Source of the DNA: Candidatus Woesearchaeota archaeon
GTDB taxonomy: Archaea; Nanobdellota; Nanobdellia; SCGC-AAA011-G17; UBA489
NCBI GenBank assembly: GCA_964390715.1
Contig: CAYMIM010000013.1
Location: 27,311-91,310, forward strand
Direction: 5' to 3'
Length of the DNA stretch: 64,000 nt
Every line of letters starts with the position of its first letter. The first letter of the stretch is position 1. Below are positions 37,566 to 46,761 of this stretch, piece by piece. The translations under genes and the position numbers were made by a program. A model generated the notes under the pieces. The model made no database searches and had not been told where the DNA came from. It was given only the letters and a program-made list of their open reading frames with translations.

Positions 37566-39600
37566 ATTGGAAAATATTCGCAGTTACATCGATGAGGAAA
37601 TCGAGTTTCCAACGGGAAGTATCTTGTTGTCGGGAAATATTGGGTGTGGTAAGTCTACAATTCTGCAAGCGATTGATTTTGCTCTGTTCGGTATCACGCA
37701 GGAATTAACTGGTAGTTCATTGTTGCGCAATGGAGAAGATCGTGGTGGTGTTGAATTGCATTTCGAGGTCGATAATAAAAATGTTGTCATCAAGCGAAGT
37801 TTAAAGCGTGGCACATCAGTCGTGCAGGATGCTGGCTATATCATAGTCAATAATGCCCGTCGTGAAGCGACTGCTACCGAGTTGAAGCAAAGCATTCTGA
37901 CATTGTTAAATTATCCAGAAGAGTTGCTCACCAAATCAAAATCACTCATCTACAGATACACCGTCTACACTCCTCAAGAGGAGATGAAGAGCATTCTCCA
38001 TGGTGACAAGGAACATCGTCTCGACACGTTAAGAAGAGTCTTTGGCATCGACAAATACAAGCGGTTAAAAGAAAACGCTGAGCTCGTTGTGGTCAGCATC
38101 AAGTCAAAAAATAAGGAAAACGCGATCATGATCGCGGATCTCGAGCAGAAAAAAACAGAACAGAATCAATTAAAGATGCAGTTAAAAAGTGTCAGGATAG
38201 TTATAGAAAGTATTTTGCCAAAATTAAGTGAGTACCATCTCTTGCTGGAAGACAAGAAGAAAAAAGTGGAGCTCATCAACAAGGAAATAAAAGAGCAGCA
38301 GGAAATAAAGAAAAAATTAGAAGTGTGTGAACTCTCCATAAGGCACAAGACAGAAGAAGCGGCGAGAAATCTGGCGCGAATTGGGGAGATAGTCGCAATC
38401 GTGAAGGACGCTGAGGTAGCGCTTGAGAAAGAAAAACCTCCTGCGGTAAGCAGAGAAAAAATCATGGTGAAAGAGAAAGAAATAATCACCAAGGAAGCGG
38501 AGATCAGGATACTGCTCAACAATATCCAGGAGAAAAAAACGCATAAGGCGCACGCGGAAAAAATAATGGGAGACATCACTAAGTTAGAAAATTGTCCTAT
38601 TTGTAAGCGAAAAGTAACCAAAGAGCATCAAGAGACAGTTACTAGAGAAGAGCGTCAGAAAATTATGCGGCACGAAGAAGAGATGCGGAAGATACAAAAG
38701 CAGGTCCTTGAGAAAGAAGAATTCATCAAGGCGGATAAGTTGCTGCTGGAACAAGATAAAAAAGCGGAACAGTTTATTGCGCTCTACGAACTCAAGAAAA
38801 GAAATATAGAAGAAAAGAAAAAAGAAACACTTCGTCTGCAGGAAATAAATACTATGCTCGCGAAAGAGAAAGAAATGCTAGAACTGCAAAGACAGCAGGT
38901 GCTCCAGCAGATAAAGAAAGATGGAGCAGAAGACGTGCACGAGCAACTACGGTTAGAAGTCGACGAGCTTCAAGAGCGCAAGAAGAAAGTTGAAATTGAG
39001 AAAGCGACCAATGAGCGTGAGGTAGAACATCTGGAGAAACAAATAAGCGCGCTCGAGACAGACATCAAAAAGAAAGAGAAAATACGTGATAACATAGGAT
39101 ACTTGAAAGAAGTGCAGTTCTGGCTGGAAAATATGTTCATGAACTTGATGAATACCATGGAGAAAAAAATCATGCTCAAGGTGCACTCAGACTTCTCCAC
39201 ATTCTTCAAGAAGTGGTTCGAGACTTTGGTGGATACTGAAGCGATCAAAGTGACTTTAGATGATGAATTCTCTCCTATCATCGAGCAGAACGGTCATGAA
39301 ATTAATTATAGCTATCTCAGTGGTGGTGAAAAAACTGCGGCTGCCCTGGCTTATCGTCTTGCGTTAAACCAAGTCATTAACTCCATCATGAGTATTATCA
39401 GGACCAAGGAGCTCATCATTCTTGACGAGCCGACCGATGGCTTCTCTTCAGAGCAAATCGACCGTCTCAGGCTCATTTTAGAGGAGTTAAAAACAAAGCA
39501 AATCATCATTGTTTCCCACGAGAACAAAATTGAGAGCTTCGTTCAGCATGTCATTAAAATAGAGAAGAATGACCACATCAGTGCCGTTGCTAGCCAGTAG
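37546..39600 (+). CDS. rad50: DNA double-strand break repair ATPase Rad50
   Basis: Walker A GNIGCGKST, long coiled coil with CPICKRKV zinc hook, LSGGEKT signature, IILDEPTDG D-loop. Confidence 0.85.
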   Translation: MLLKKIRLENIRSYIDEEIEFPTGSILLSGNIGCGKSTILQAIDFALFGITQELTGSSLLRNGEDRGGVELHFEVDNKNVVIKRSLKRGTSVVQDAGYIIVNNARREATATELKQSILTLLNYPEELLTKSKSLIYRYTVYTPQEEMKSILHGDKEHRLDTLRRVFGIDKYKRLKENAELVVVSIKSKNKENAIMIADLEQKKTEQNQLKMQLKSVRIVIESILPKLSEYHLLLEDKKKKVELINKEIKEQQEIKKKLEVCELSIRHKTEEAARNLARIGEIVAIVKDAEVALEKEKPPAVSREKIMVKEKEIITKEAEIRILLNNIQEKKTHKAHAEKIMGDITKLENCPICKRKVTKEHQETVTREERQKIMRHEEEMRKIQKQVLEKEEFIKADKLLLEQDKKAEQFIALYELKKRNIEEKKKETLRLQEINTMLAKEKEMLELQRQQVLQQIKKDGAEDVHEQLRLEVDELQERKKKVEIEKATNEREVEHLEKQISALETDIKKKEKIRDNIGYLKEVQFWLENMFMNLMNTMEKKIMLKVHSDFSTFFKKWFETLVDTEAIKVTLDDEFSPIIEQNGHEINYSYLSGGEKTAAALAYRLALNQVINSIMSIIRTKELIILDEPTDGFSSEQIDRLRLILEELKTKQIIIVSHENKIESFVQHVIKIEKNDHISAVASQ

Positions 39601-39657
39601 CGAGAATTTCGCCACAAGACTTATAAAGAAAAACGTGAGTCCTGACCAAGGATAACA

Positions 39658-41067
39658 ATGAATGGAAAAAATGCGTCGTTCATCGTACTTATTGCCCTTC
39701 TGGTTATACCTCTCGTTTTTGCGAACCCTATTACTATTGTAGTAATGGAATCGCAAGACGAAGTGGAAGCGGGCAGCGTCGCGGAATTTACAGTAAAGAT
39801 AACCAATGATGGGTTAGATCGTGACGTCTTTAGCATCGAGCCGGACGAGTTTAATGTTTATCCCTTCTCTGACTTCGCTCAAAGAATTGAGGCTAAGCCG
39901 TCACAGGTAAAATTAGATGCTGGAGAAAGTGCTATCGTAAAAATTCTCATTAAAACCATTGATGTCACGCTACCAAATAAATATTATGATTCTAAAATCA
40001 TTGTCTCTTCAGTCATCCATCCAGAAAGTAAAGAGTCCATAATGCTCAAGACATATGTCGCGTCAGCGAAAAATATTATCGAGATTGTACCGCGGCTGGT
40101 GCAGCAAATCACGCCAGGAAAAGAAATTAATGTGCCCATCAAATTGAAGAATCGTTCTAGGTTAGTTATGGATCTTGAAGTTACTCTGGGTACTGACATT
40201 CCAAATATTGCCGAGCCTCTGCGCGTGAGCTTGCGGTCGCAAGAAGAAAAGCAAGTGGAAATGAAAATAAATGTTGATCCAACAGCGCTTCCAGGAGAGA
40301 GAAAGATAACTATTGCCGCTTATGAGAAAGATCAGCTTCGTGGCTCATTCATAACTGAGGTGTCCATCCTTCCAAAAGATCGTGTTGAAGAAGACAGAGA
40401 CGTAAAAAGAGGTTTCTTGTCATCCACGACAACTATCATTCGTGAAAATAAAGGAAATGTCGCTAGTGAGCAGCGAGTTGAGGCGAAATATAATATAATC
40501 CAGCGTATCTTTTCATCCATGACGCCAAAGCCAGAGACAGAGATAGGAAAAGTCATCTGGAAATTCACGTTACAGCCAGGAAGCAAGAAAACTATTGAGA
40601 TTTACAGCAATTACCGTCCTTTGCTCTATGGTATAATCGCGGTGATAATCTTTACAGCCATAGTGCTGTTCTCTATCGAGCGCAGCGTCGTCATCAAGAA
40701 GCGTACCTTCCGTGGAAAAGAAATGGTTGAGGGAGTAAAAGAATACAAGATTTTCATCTTGGTGCGTAATGGAAAGAAATATACTCTAAGCGATGTTAAA
40801 GTCATGGATCTCGTGCCCAACATATTGAATCTAACTTCTGATTTTGGATCATTGAGGCCTGACAGAGTGCAGCATAGTGATCGCGCGACGCGCTTGTTGT
40901 GGAATGTCATCAAGCTGGAGCCTCGTGAAGAGCGTGTCTTTTCCTACAAGATCCGCTTGAAGGACTCTATTGTCGGTGAAGTTGTTCTGCCTGTGGCTAT
41001 CATTCAGTTCGTAGACGCTAAGGACAAATTTGAGCAAGTCCAGTCCATGCGTGTTATTCTCGGATAA
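39658..41067 (+). CDS. Signal-peptide surface protein with beta-sandwich-like ectodomain, single C-terminal-proximal TM and about 130-aa cytoplasmic tail; function unknown
   Basis: MNGKNASFIVLIALLVIPLVFANP signal. TM YGIIAVIIFTAIVLFSI near residue 340. Confidence 0.5.
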   Translation: MNGKNASFIVLIALLVIPLVFANPITIVVMESQDEVEAGSVAEFTVKITNDGLDRDVFSIEPDEFNVYPFSDFAQRIEAKPSQVKLDAGESAIVKILIKTIDVTLPNKYYDSKIIVSSVIHPESKESIMLKTYVASAKNIIEIVPRLVQQITPGKEINVPIKLKNRSRLVMDLEVTLGTDIPNIAEPLRVSLRSQEEKQVEMKINVDPTALPGERKITIAAYEKDQLRGSFITEVSILPKDRVEEDRDVKRGFLSSTTTIIRENKGNVASEQRVEAKYNIIQRIFSSMTPKPETEIGKVIWKFTLQPGSKKTIEIYSNYRPLLYGIIAVIIFTAIVLFSIERSVVIKKRTFRGKEMVEGVKEYKIFILVRNGKKYTLSDVKVMDLVPNILNLTSDFGSLRPDRVQHSDRATRLLWNVIKLEPREERVFSYKIRLKDSIVGEVVLPVAIIQFVDAKDKFEQVQSMRVILG

Positions 41068-41084
41068 ACAGAGATAAACAATAT

Positions 41085-41094
41085 CTTTAAAAAC
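41085..41094 (+). promoter_or_regulatory. TATA-like box (CTTTAAAAAC) about 28 nt upstream of tRNA-Tyr
   Basis: Position consistent with an archaeal tRNA promoter. Confidence 0.3.
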
Positions 41095-41119
41095 GATAAA
41101 CAGGACTTAGAAAGAGCTT

Positions 41120-41242
41120 CTCCACGTAGCTCAATGGTAGAGCGGTCGGCTGTAGATGTCGTGAATCGAGATTCCACACGGAAACTGTGAAAATTCACTA
41201 GCCGATCCCGACAGGTTCCTGGTTCGAGTCCGGGCGTGGAGA
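41120..41242 (+). tRNA. tRNA-Tyr (anticodon GTA) with an approximately 51-nt intron 3' of the anticodon (about 41156..41206)
   Basis: Acceptor CTCCACG/CGTGGAG plus discriminator A. D-arm GCTC-AATGGTA-GAGC. Anticodon stem GTCGG/CCGAC interrupted after CTGTAG. T-arm CCTGG-TTCGAGT-CCGGG. Confidence 0.65.
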
Positions 41243-41243
41243 T

Positions 41244-43331
41244 TTATTTTTCTTTTAGAGGTGAATGTATTCGTCGTCGTGATCTAAGATAGAGAAATAG
41301 AATAAGGAAGAGAATCAGAATTATAAGCAAAAATACAAAGAGGAAACGAGGCTGCGAGTTATCTTGACGAACGGGTGGTGAAAATATGGGAGTTTTTGTT
41401 GTGTTCACTTTAGGGACAATTTTCTTAATACTAGTTTTACATTCAGTATCGCCATAAGGCGCGGCTTGGTTATCGGTGCCTCCATCGCAGTCATTATCTA
41501 ATCCATCATTGCACATATTTAATTCACTCGTACTATAGGAAGGATGATTGTTGCTGTAAGTCTCAATGGTACATCCAGGCCATTGTTCACGCGTGCAAGT
41601 TTCTTGTGATCCTGCGCACACGCCTCGTTGTTCTAGACACAGACGTTTTTCTCCATTTTCACAACTTTGCACAACAGTAATCTTAAGAGGTACAGAAGAA
41701 TCGCCAAAATGTTCCACGCCTTCATGAACCATTCTCCATTGGAAAGTATAAGTGCCTGAAGTTGCTGGCGCTGTGATCATAAAGGTGAAATTTTTCTCTC
41801 CATTTGTATTAACAACCTCACGAGAAGAGAAAGGAACGCGGTTTATTCCCCAAAGAAGAGTATCTTGTGGAGATTGAGAGCTGAGAAAATACTGTCGTGA
41901 TGCTTCCCAGGAAGTTGATCCCGTGTCTTTAAAGATCAATGAGACAGTGTATTGCTGACGAGCCTGCATGACAGAAGGCGCAGATTGTGAGATAAAGGTT
42001 GCGTCTTGGTCATAGAGAAGTGCTAGTCCGTCAGTGAGTAAACGAGTCATGCTATAAACATTGGAGTCATCTTCTGGAAGATTGATAGGGATTCTCTGAT
42101 TTCCTTGTGGATCAGTGTGCCAGCTCTGGAAAATGTGGTGATCCGCAATCAGGTCACGGTCTTTAAGGTAAGTAACCCATTGTAAGACGTTGTTGTAAAA
42201 TGATGCGTCCGTGCTTTCAAGAGTATCTCCCCAATAGATAATGCCAAAGGGAATATTTTTATTTGCGAAAAAAGTTTTTAGCTGCTGGATGTCAGGCGCG
42301 ACATCAACATTCCATGCTTTTGCGGTATTTCTGCTGACATCTAAATGATAAAAATCTAAAGTAATGCCTTGTCGCTCAAGTTCTAGTACCCAATCTATGT
42401 GTTGTTGTGCGCGAAAATAGGGTAGTGGCTCTACATCGCCTATTTTGATCGATGGATGAAGTGATTTTATAGTTGTGATATATTCCGCGACTTCCTGAGC
42501 TGATCTTTGTATGGTGTATTTACATGGTATTGCGGGACCGCCTGTCTGTACGCCTCTAAGGTATGAGGAGTCTAGAGCGATATAAGCGACTTCTCCTCCG
42601 CCTTGATAGATGTTATTCATCGCGTGTAGTGTTTGAGGTATGCCTGCTTCTGCTTCACATCCTAAGTTTCCATCAATAGCAATAGATTCCATGGCAATGT
42701 CAATATTCCATTGTTTAAGTTTTGAAAATGCTCCTGCTGCGAGAAGATTGATATAAGAAACATCTCCGCACGGCTTGCAATAGATAGAATCGGTATTTAG
42801 TATACTTTGTTGATAAAATGAAAAAACATCAATATTAGCTCTGGCATGTGGCCATTGGTCTTCTTTGGTAAAAAGATCCATATAGTCTTCAGTTCCAAAG
42901 TTGGGAGTAAACCAGATGTCTCTGCTCCGGCTGCGAGATGGCTTGCCTACACCGAAAGGATATGCGGGGGGGTAAGGAGAAGTTGCTAACAGTATGGTTA
43001 GGGGTAGCGCCAGGGTCTCATGGTTCTGATTAACTACGGCGATCATGTAAGTATGCTCTGGTATATTGGGGGGAAGGGTAAGAATGATAACGTTTGCAGA
43101 AATAGAAGGTTGAAACATGGATAAATCTGTGCTGAGAGCTCCATTGATTTTCAAGCCAATTAAAGTATCTAGATTTTCCCCTTGTAAAGTAATTTTTGTT
43201 CCAGGAACATTATAAGCCAGGGAAGGAGTAATGCTAGTTAGGGAAATTTCTTGTGCGTCTATAAGAGAAGGAAATATACAGACAAGGAGGAAAAGAAAAA
43301 AGAAGGAAAGTATAAATTGCTGGCGTCGCAT
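41244..43331 (-). CDS. Large secreted/surface protein with signal peptide, NBR1/CARDB-like beta-sandwich region, C-terminal TM and basic tail (possible sorting signal)
   Basis: Start placed at MRRQQFILSFFFLFLLVCIFPSLIDA (signal peptide). The track ORF begins 49 codons earlier and would overlap the desaturase gene. C-terminus ...PRFLFVFLLIILILFLILFLYLRSRRRI. Internal TYTFQWRMVHEGVEHFGD motif. Confidence 0.5.
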   Translation of the reverse strand: MRRQQFILSFFFLFLLVCIFPSLIDAQEISLTSITPSLAYNVPGTKITLQGENLDTLIGLKINGALSTDLSMFQPSISANVIILTLPPNIPEHTYMIAVVNQNHETLALPLTILLATSPYPPAYPFGVGKPSRSRSRDIWFTPNFGTEDYMDLFTKEDQWPHARANIDVFSFYQQSILNTDSIYCKPCGDVSYINLLAAGAFSKLKQWNIDIAMESIAIDGNLGCEAEAGIPQTLHAMNNIYQGGGEVAYIALDSSYLRGVQTGGPAIPCKYTIQRSAQEVAEYITTIKSLHPSIKIGDVEPLPYFRAQQHIDWVLELERQGITLDFYHLDVSRNTAKAWNVDVAPDIQQLKTFFANKNIPFGIIYWGDTLESTDASFYNNVLQWVTYLKDRDLIADHHIFQSWHTDPQGNQRIPINLPEDDSNVYSMTRLLTDGLALLYDQDATFISQSAPSVMQARQQYTVSLIFKDTGSTSWEASRQYFLSSQSPQDTLLWGINRVPFSSREVVNTNGEKNFTFMITAPATSGTYTFQWRMVHEGVEHFGDSSVPLKITVVQSCENGEKRLCLEQRGVCAGSQETCTREQWPGCTIETYSNNHPSYSTSELNMCNDGLDNDCDGGTDNQAAPYGDTECKTSIKKIVPKVNTTKTPIFSPPVRQDNSQPRFLFVFLLIILILFLILFLYLRSRRRIHSPLKEK

Positions 43332-43421
43332 AAAGAAATAGAGAAATCCAACATATAAAAACCCACCGATGAAGAGAAAAGAAATAGAAACAATTTTATA
43401 GAAGAACAAAGTATCAAAAAT

Positions 43422-44546
43422 ATGATAAAAATGAGGAATATTGATTGGGTGAACACAAGTTTCATTGTTTCTTATCACTTACTATTATTGAGTTTATTGC
43501 CGATATATCTTGTCTTTAACACACCAAGTCTAGGTTTAATAGTAGGAACAGTTATACTCAGCATACTTATCAGTTTCAGCGTTACTGCGGGGTACCATCG
43601 ATTATATGCGCATCGAGCTTACGATATCAACAAACTAGGAGAATTTTTTATTCTAGCGTTTGGCACATTAGCTATAGAGAATAGTGTTCTGCAATGGTCG
43701 CGTGATCATCGCATGCATCATCGGTATGTCGACACAGAAAAAGATCCTTATTCAATCAAGGAAGGATTTTGGCACGCGCATATGCTCTGGGTTTTAAAGA
43801 AAAATGATGAAAGAACAAGTGATTATAGTGTAGTTCCAGATCTACTTTCCGATAAAGCGGTTATGTTTCAGCACAAGTATTATGCTATATTGGTAATCCT
43901 CGGAAACTTGGCAGTCATTGGTTTATTCAGTTGGCTCTTCAAAGACTTGTTCGGAGTGATAGTAATAGCTTGTTTAGCTAGAGTGTTCCTAATCCATCAT
44001 ATGACATGGTTCATTAATTCCCTCGCGCACACGTTTGGTAGCAAGCCTTATTCAAACGAGCATTCTGCCGTAAACAATGCTGTAATCGCTTTTTTAACAT
44101 TTGGAGAAGGATATCACAATTATCACCACACATTCCCGTCTGATTATAGAAACGGAGTTCGATGGTATCAATTTGATCCAACAAAAATAGTTATCTGGTC
44201 TTTAGCAAAAATAGGAATCGCGAAAAATCTAAAGAAAATTGAATTGCCTTTGATCAAAAAGAGAATGATCGTGGAAGATGAAAGAAAAATTTTAGAAAAA
44301 ATAAGAGCTGGCAGTCAGAAAAAATGGAAAGAGATGGAAGCAAGAGTAAAAAATACCGCGGAAAGTCTCACAACAAAACTTTCACAAGCATATACATTAT
44401 GGTTACAATATAAAACAGGAAAAACAAAGCAAGAAAAAATGGAAAGAAAACTACAGCTCAAAGTATTGAAAAAAAGCATTAGACAAGAGTATAAAATGTG
44501 GTTGCTCTTATGTAATCAAGTGATCATAGGAAAATCATCTCGATAA
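43422..44546 (+). CDS. Membrane fatty acid desaturase, stearoyl-CoA (delta-9 acyl-CoA/acyl-lipid) desaturase family
   Basis: Three His boxes: HRLYAHRAY, HRMHHRYVDTEKDPYS, HNYHHTFP, with four TM segments. Textbook SCD-family arrangement. Confidence 0.8.
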   Translation: MIKMRNIDWVNTSFIVSYHLLLLSLLPIYLVFNTPSLGLIVGTVILSILISFSVTAGYHRLYAHRAYDINKLGEFFILAFGTLAIENSVLQWSRDHRMHHRYVDTEKDPYSIKEGFWHAHMLWVLKKNDERTSDYSVVPDLLSDKAVMFQHKYYAILVILGNLAVIGLFSWLFKDLFGVIVIACLARVFLIHHMTWFINSLAHTFGSKPYSNEHSAVNNAVIAFLTFGEGYHNYHHTFPSDYRNGVRWYQFDPTKIVIWSLAKIGIAKNLKKIELPLIKKRMIVEDERKILEKIRAGSQKKWKEMEARVKNTAESLTTKLSQAYTLWLQYKTGKTKQEKMERKLQLKVLKKSIRQEYKMWLLLCNQVIIGKSSR

Positions 44547-44814
44547 TACCAATTCGAAAATATACTTTTTCTCTACAGTAATATTTAAAAGCAAGTTCAT
44601 ACATCAAAAAGAGGTGTTGAGTAAGAGAAAAGAGGTTGAATAGAGTTCTCACTAGACCCGAAAGTTTTATATACCCCCCTTTGACCCAATTTTCTAGATG
44701 GAGCAATCGTTCTGTGCTGAGGCCTACAAAGATGACGGTAAAAGAGTTGTAATCCACTGTTTTCCACTATCTAGATAGTACTAGCAAGAACACATCACCA
44801 TCCCAAAAAGACGT

Positions 44815-44919
44815 GCCCTAGTAGTCTAGTGGCTATGATACGGCCCTGTCGTGGGCGCTCAAGATCAAAATCTGGCCCAGAGAAAGGCCGTGGCGCGGGT
44901 TCGATTCCCGCCTGGGGCG
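44815..44919 (+). tRNA. tRNA, probably Asp (anticodon GTC), with an approximately 33-nt intron or non-canonical insertion
   Basis: Acceptor GCCCTAG/CTGGGGC (one G-U) plus discriminator G. T-arm GCGGG-TTCGATT-CCCGC. Anticodon stem CGGCC(44841..44845)/GGCCG(44886..44890) with loop CTGTCG then intron. D-arm imperfect. Confidence 0.5.
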
Positions 44920-44923
44920 TTTT

Positions 44924-45017
44924 GGGCCGGTAGCTCAGCCTGGCTAGAGCACTTGGCTTTTAAACAAGCCAAAGCAAAGACACCAAGGGGTCGGGGGTTC
45001 AAATCCCCTCCGGTCCG
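44924..45017 (+). tRNA. tRNA-Lys (anticodon TTT) with an approximately 19-nt intron at 37/38 (about 44963..44981)
   Basis: Acceptor GGGCCGG/CCGGTCC plus G. D-arm GCTC-AGCCTGGCTA-GAGC. Anticodon stem CTTGG/CCAAG with loop CTTTTA[intron]A. T-arm GGGGG-TTCAAAT-CCCCT. Confidence 0.6.
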
Positions 45018-45033
45018 TTATACTCAACACAAA

Positions 45034-45276
45034 ATGCCGAAAACCATCAAAATCCAAGACCATATCTTGGTGCCAAAACATGTGCTCCTCACTAAGGAAG
45101 AGGCTCAAGTTTTATGGCAGAAATATAACATTACACCTTCTCAAATGCCTATGATTTCAGGAAAAGATCCTGCTATAAAAAATCTGAACGCGGAAACCGG
45201 TGATGTCATCAAGATTATTCGCAATTCTCCTACAGAAAAAGAAGCTTTATTTTACCGTGTAGTAAAGGCGGACTAA
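45034..45276 (+). CDS. rpoH: DNA-directed RNA polymerase subunit H (Rpb5 homolog)
   Basis: MPKTIKIQDHILVPKHVLLTKEEAQVLWQKYNITPSQMPMISGKDPAIKNL...GDVIKIIRNSPT matches RpoH. The track's longer ORF (44851) reads through the tRNA genes and is spurious upstream of this ATG. Confidence 0.85.
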   Translation: MPKTIKIQDHILVPKHVLLTKEEAQVLWQKYNITPSQMPMISGKDPAIKNLNAETGDVIKIIRNSPTEKEALFYRVVKAD

Positions 45277-45279
45277 AGT

Positions 45280-46761
45280 ATGAACAAAAAGCTCATCATC
45301 AAAAAATATTTTGAGGAGAATTCATTCGTAGAGTCTAACATCCGTTCCTTCAACAACTTCATCGAGAAGGACATTCATAAAATCATCCAAGAAATCGGCG
45401 ATGTTGTCCCAACCATCATACCGCAAGATATGCAGGATTTCCGCATCAAGCTCGACAAAATTAATATCACCAAGCCACAGCTCATAGAGGCGGATGGTAG
45501 CAGACGAGATATTTATCCCATGGAAGCTCGTCTCAGAAAAATTTCCTATGCCGCTCCTATCAATATGGAAATTTCAGCGCATATCGATGGGGTCCAAAGA
45601 GAATCATTCACTACACAAATTGGATTGTTGCCAGTCATGCTCAAAAGTAAATACTGTCATCTCCATGGCATGAAAGAAGAAGAATTAATCAAGCATGGTG
45701 AAGATCCTAATGATCACGGTGGATATTTCATTCTCAACGGTAATGAGCGAGTGTTAATGACGGTTGAAGATCTAGCCGCGAACATGATGTTCGTCGAGGA
45801 AAATAAAATAGGTACTAGTAGGTACACCGCCAAAATATTCTCCGAGCGTGGCTCCTATCGTGTTCCTCATGTCATCGAGCAAGCCAAAGACGGATTGATT
45901 TACTTGTCCTTCACGAGATTCAAGAAAATACCTGTTGTTGCGGTAATCAAGGCTTTAGGCTTAATGAAGGATAGTGAAATCGTGCAAGCTATCTCCCAAG
46001 ACCGTGAATTCGATGATATTTTCATTAATTTGTTCAACTCCGCGGACTTGAAGAATGAGGCTGATGCTCTAGATTTCATCTCAAAAAAAATAGGTATGTC
46101 TCCCTTGCAAGAGCAGCGTCTGGAAAAAACACAGGATAATCTCGACAAGTATTTATTGCCACATTTAGGTATTGAGCCAAAGGATCGTAAGTACAAAGCC
46201 ATCAATCTCTGTAAGTTATTGCGCAGATTCCTCATTGTTTCCAAAGAAGAGATCAAGAACCAAGACAAAGATCATTACATGAACAAGCGTCTCAAATTAA
46301 GTGGTGACTTGTTGTCTGATTTATTCCGTGTACAACTTCGTGCTTTGGTCAATGACATTATGTACAACTTCCAGCGTTTAGTCAAGCGGGGAAAATTCCA
46401 CTCTATCAAGATTATCATTCGTGATAAATTATTGACATCCAGAATCAACAGCGCTATGGCGACTGGTGTCTGGGTCGGTGGTCGTAAAGGACTAAGCCAG
46501 AATATGGACCGAACAAATTTCCTGGCGGCGACATCGCATTTGCAAAGAGTAGTTTCCTTACTGTCAGCGACGCAGGAAAACTTCGCTGCTCGTGCGCTGC
46601 ACGCGACTCATTGGGGTCGTCTCTGCGCGATCGAAACGCCAGAAGGTACATCCATTGGATTGAGAAAGAATTTGGCGTTATTGGCGGAAATCACACAAGA
46701 AGAAGTTCCTGATGCAAAGCTCAAGAAATCATTAGAAGAACTAGGAATGAAAGCGGTATGA
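45280..46761 (+). CDS. rpoB2: DNA-directed RNA polymerase subunit B'' (N-terminal half of split RpoB)
   Basis: 493 aa, conserved Rpb2 N-terminal regions. Follows rpoH and overlaps rpoB' by 4 nt. Confidence 0.85.
   Translation: MNKKLIIKKYFEENSFVESNIRSFNNFIEKDIHKIIQEIGDVVPTIIPQDMQDFRIKLDKINITKPQLIEADGSRRDIYPMEARLRKISYAAPINMEISAHIDGVQRESFTTQIGLLPVMLKSKYCHLHGMKEEELIKHGEDPNDHGGYFILNGNERVLMTVEDLAANMMFVEENKIGTSRYTAKIFSERGSYRVPHVIEQAKDGLIYLSFTRFKKIPVVAVIKALGLMKDSEIVQAISQDREFDDIFINLFNSADLKNEADALDFISKKIGMSPLQEQRLEKTQDNLDKYLLPHLGIEPKDRKYKAINLCKLLRRFLIVSKEEIKNQDKDHYMNKRLKLSGDLLSDLFRVQLRALVNDIMYNFQRLVKRGKFHSIKIIIRDKLLTSRINSAMATGVWVGGRKGLSQNMDRTNFLAATSHLQRVVSLLSATQENFAARALHATHWGRLCAIETPEGTSIGLRKNLALLAEITQEEVPDAKLKKSLEELGMKAV

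Noticed and set aside
38166-39281. Several 77 to 151-aa minus-strand ORFs within rad50
   Set aside because: Antisense frames of the K/E-rich coiled-coil region of rad50 (reverse complement gives F/L/S-rich pseudo-ORFs).
44851-45033. N-terminal extension of the 141-aa track ORF upstream of rpoH
   Set aside because: The extension reads straight through two tRNA genes (acceptor and T-arm sequences translated as protein). The true rpoH start is the ATG at 45034.
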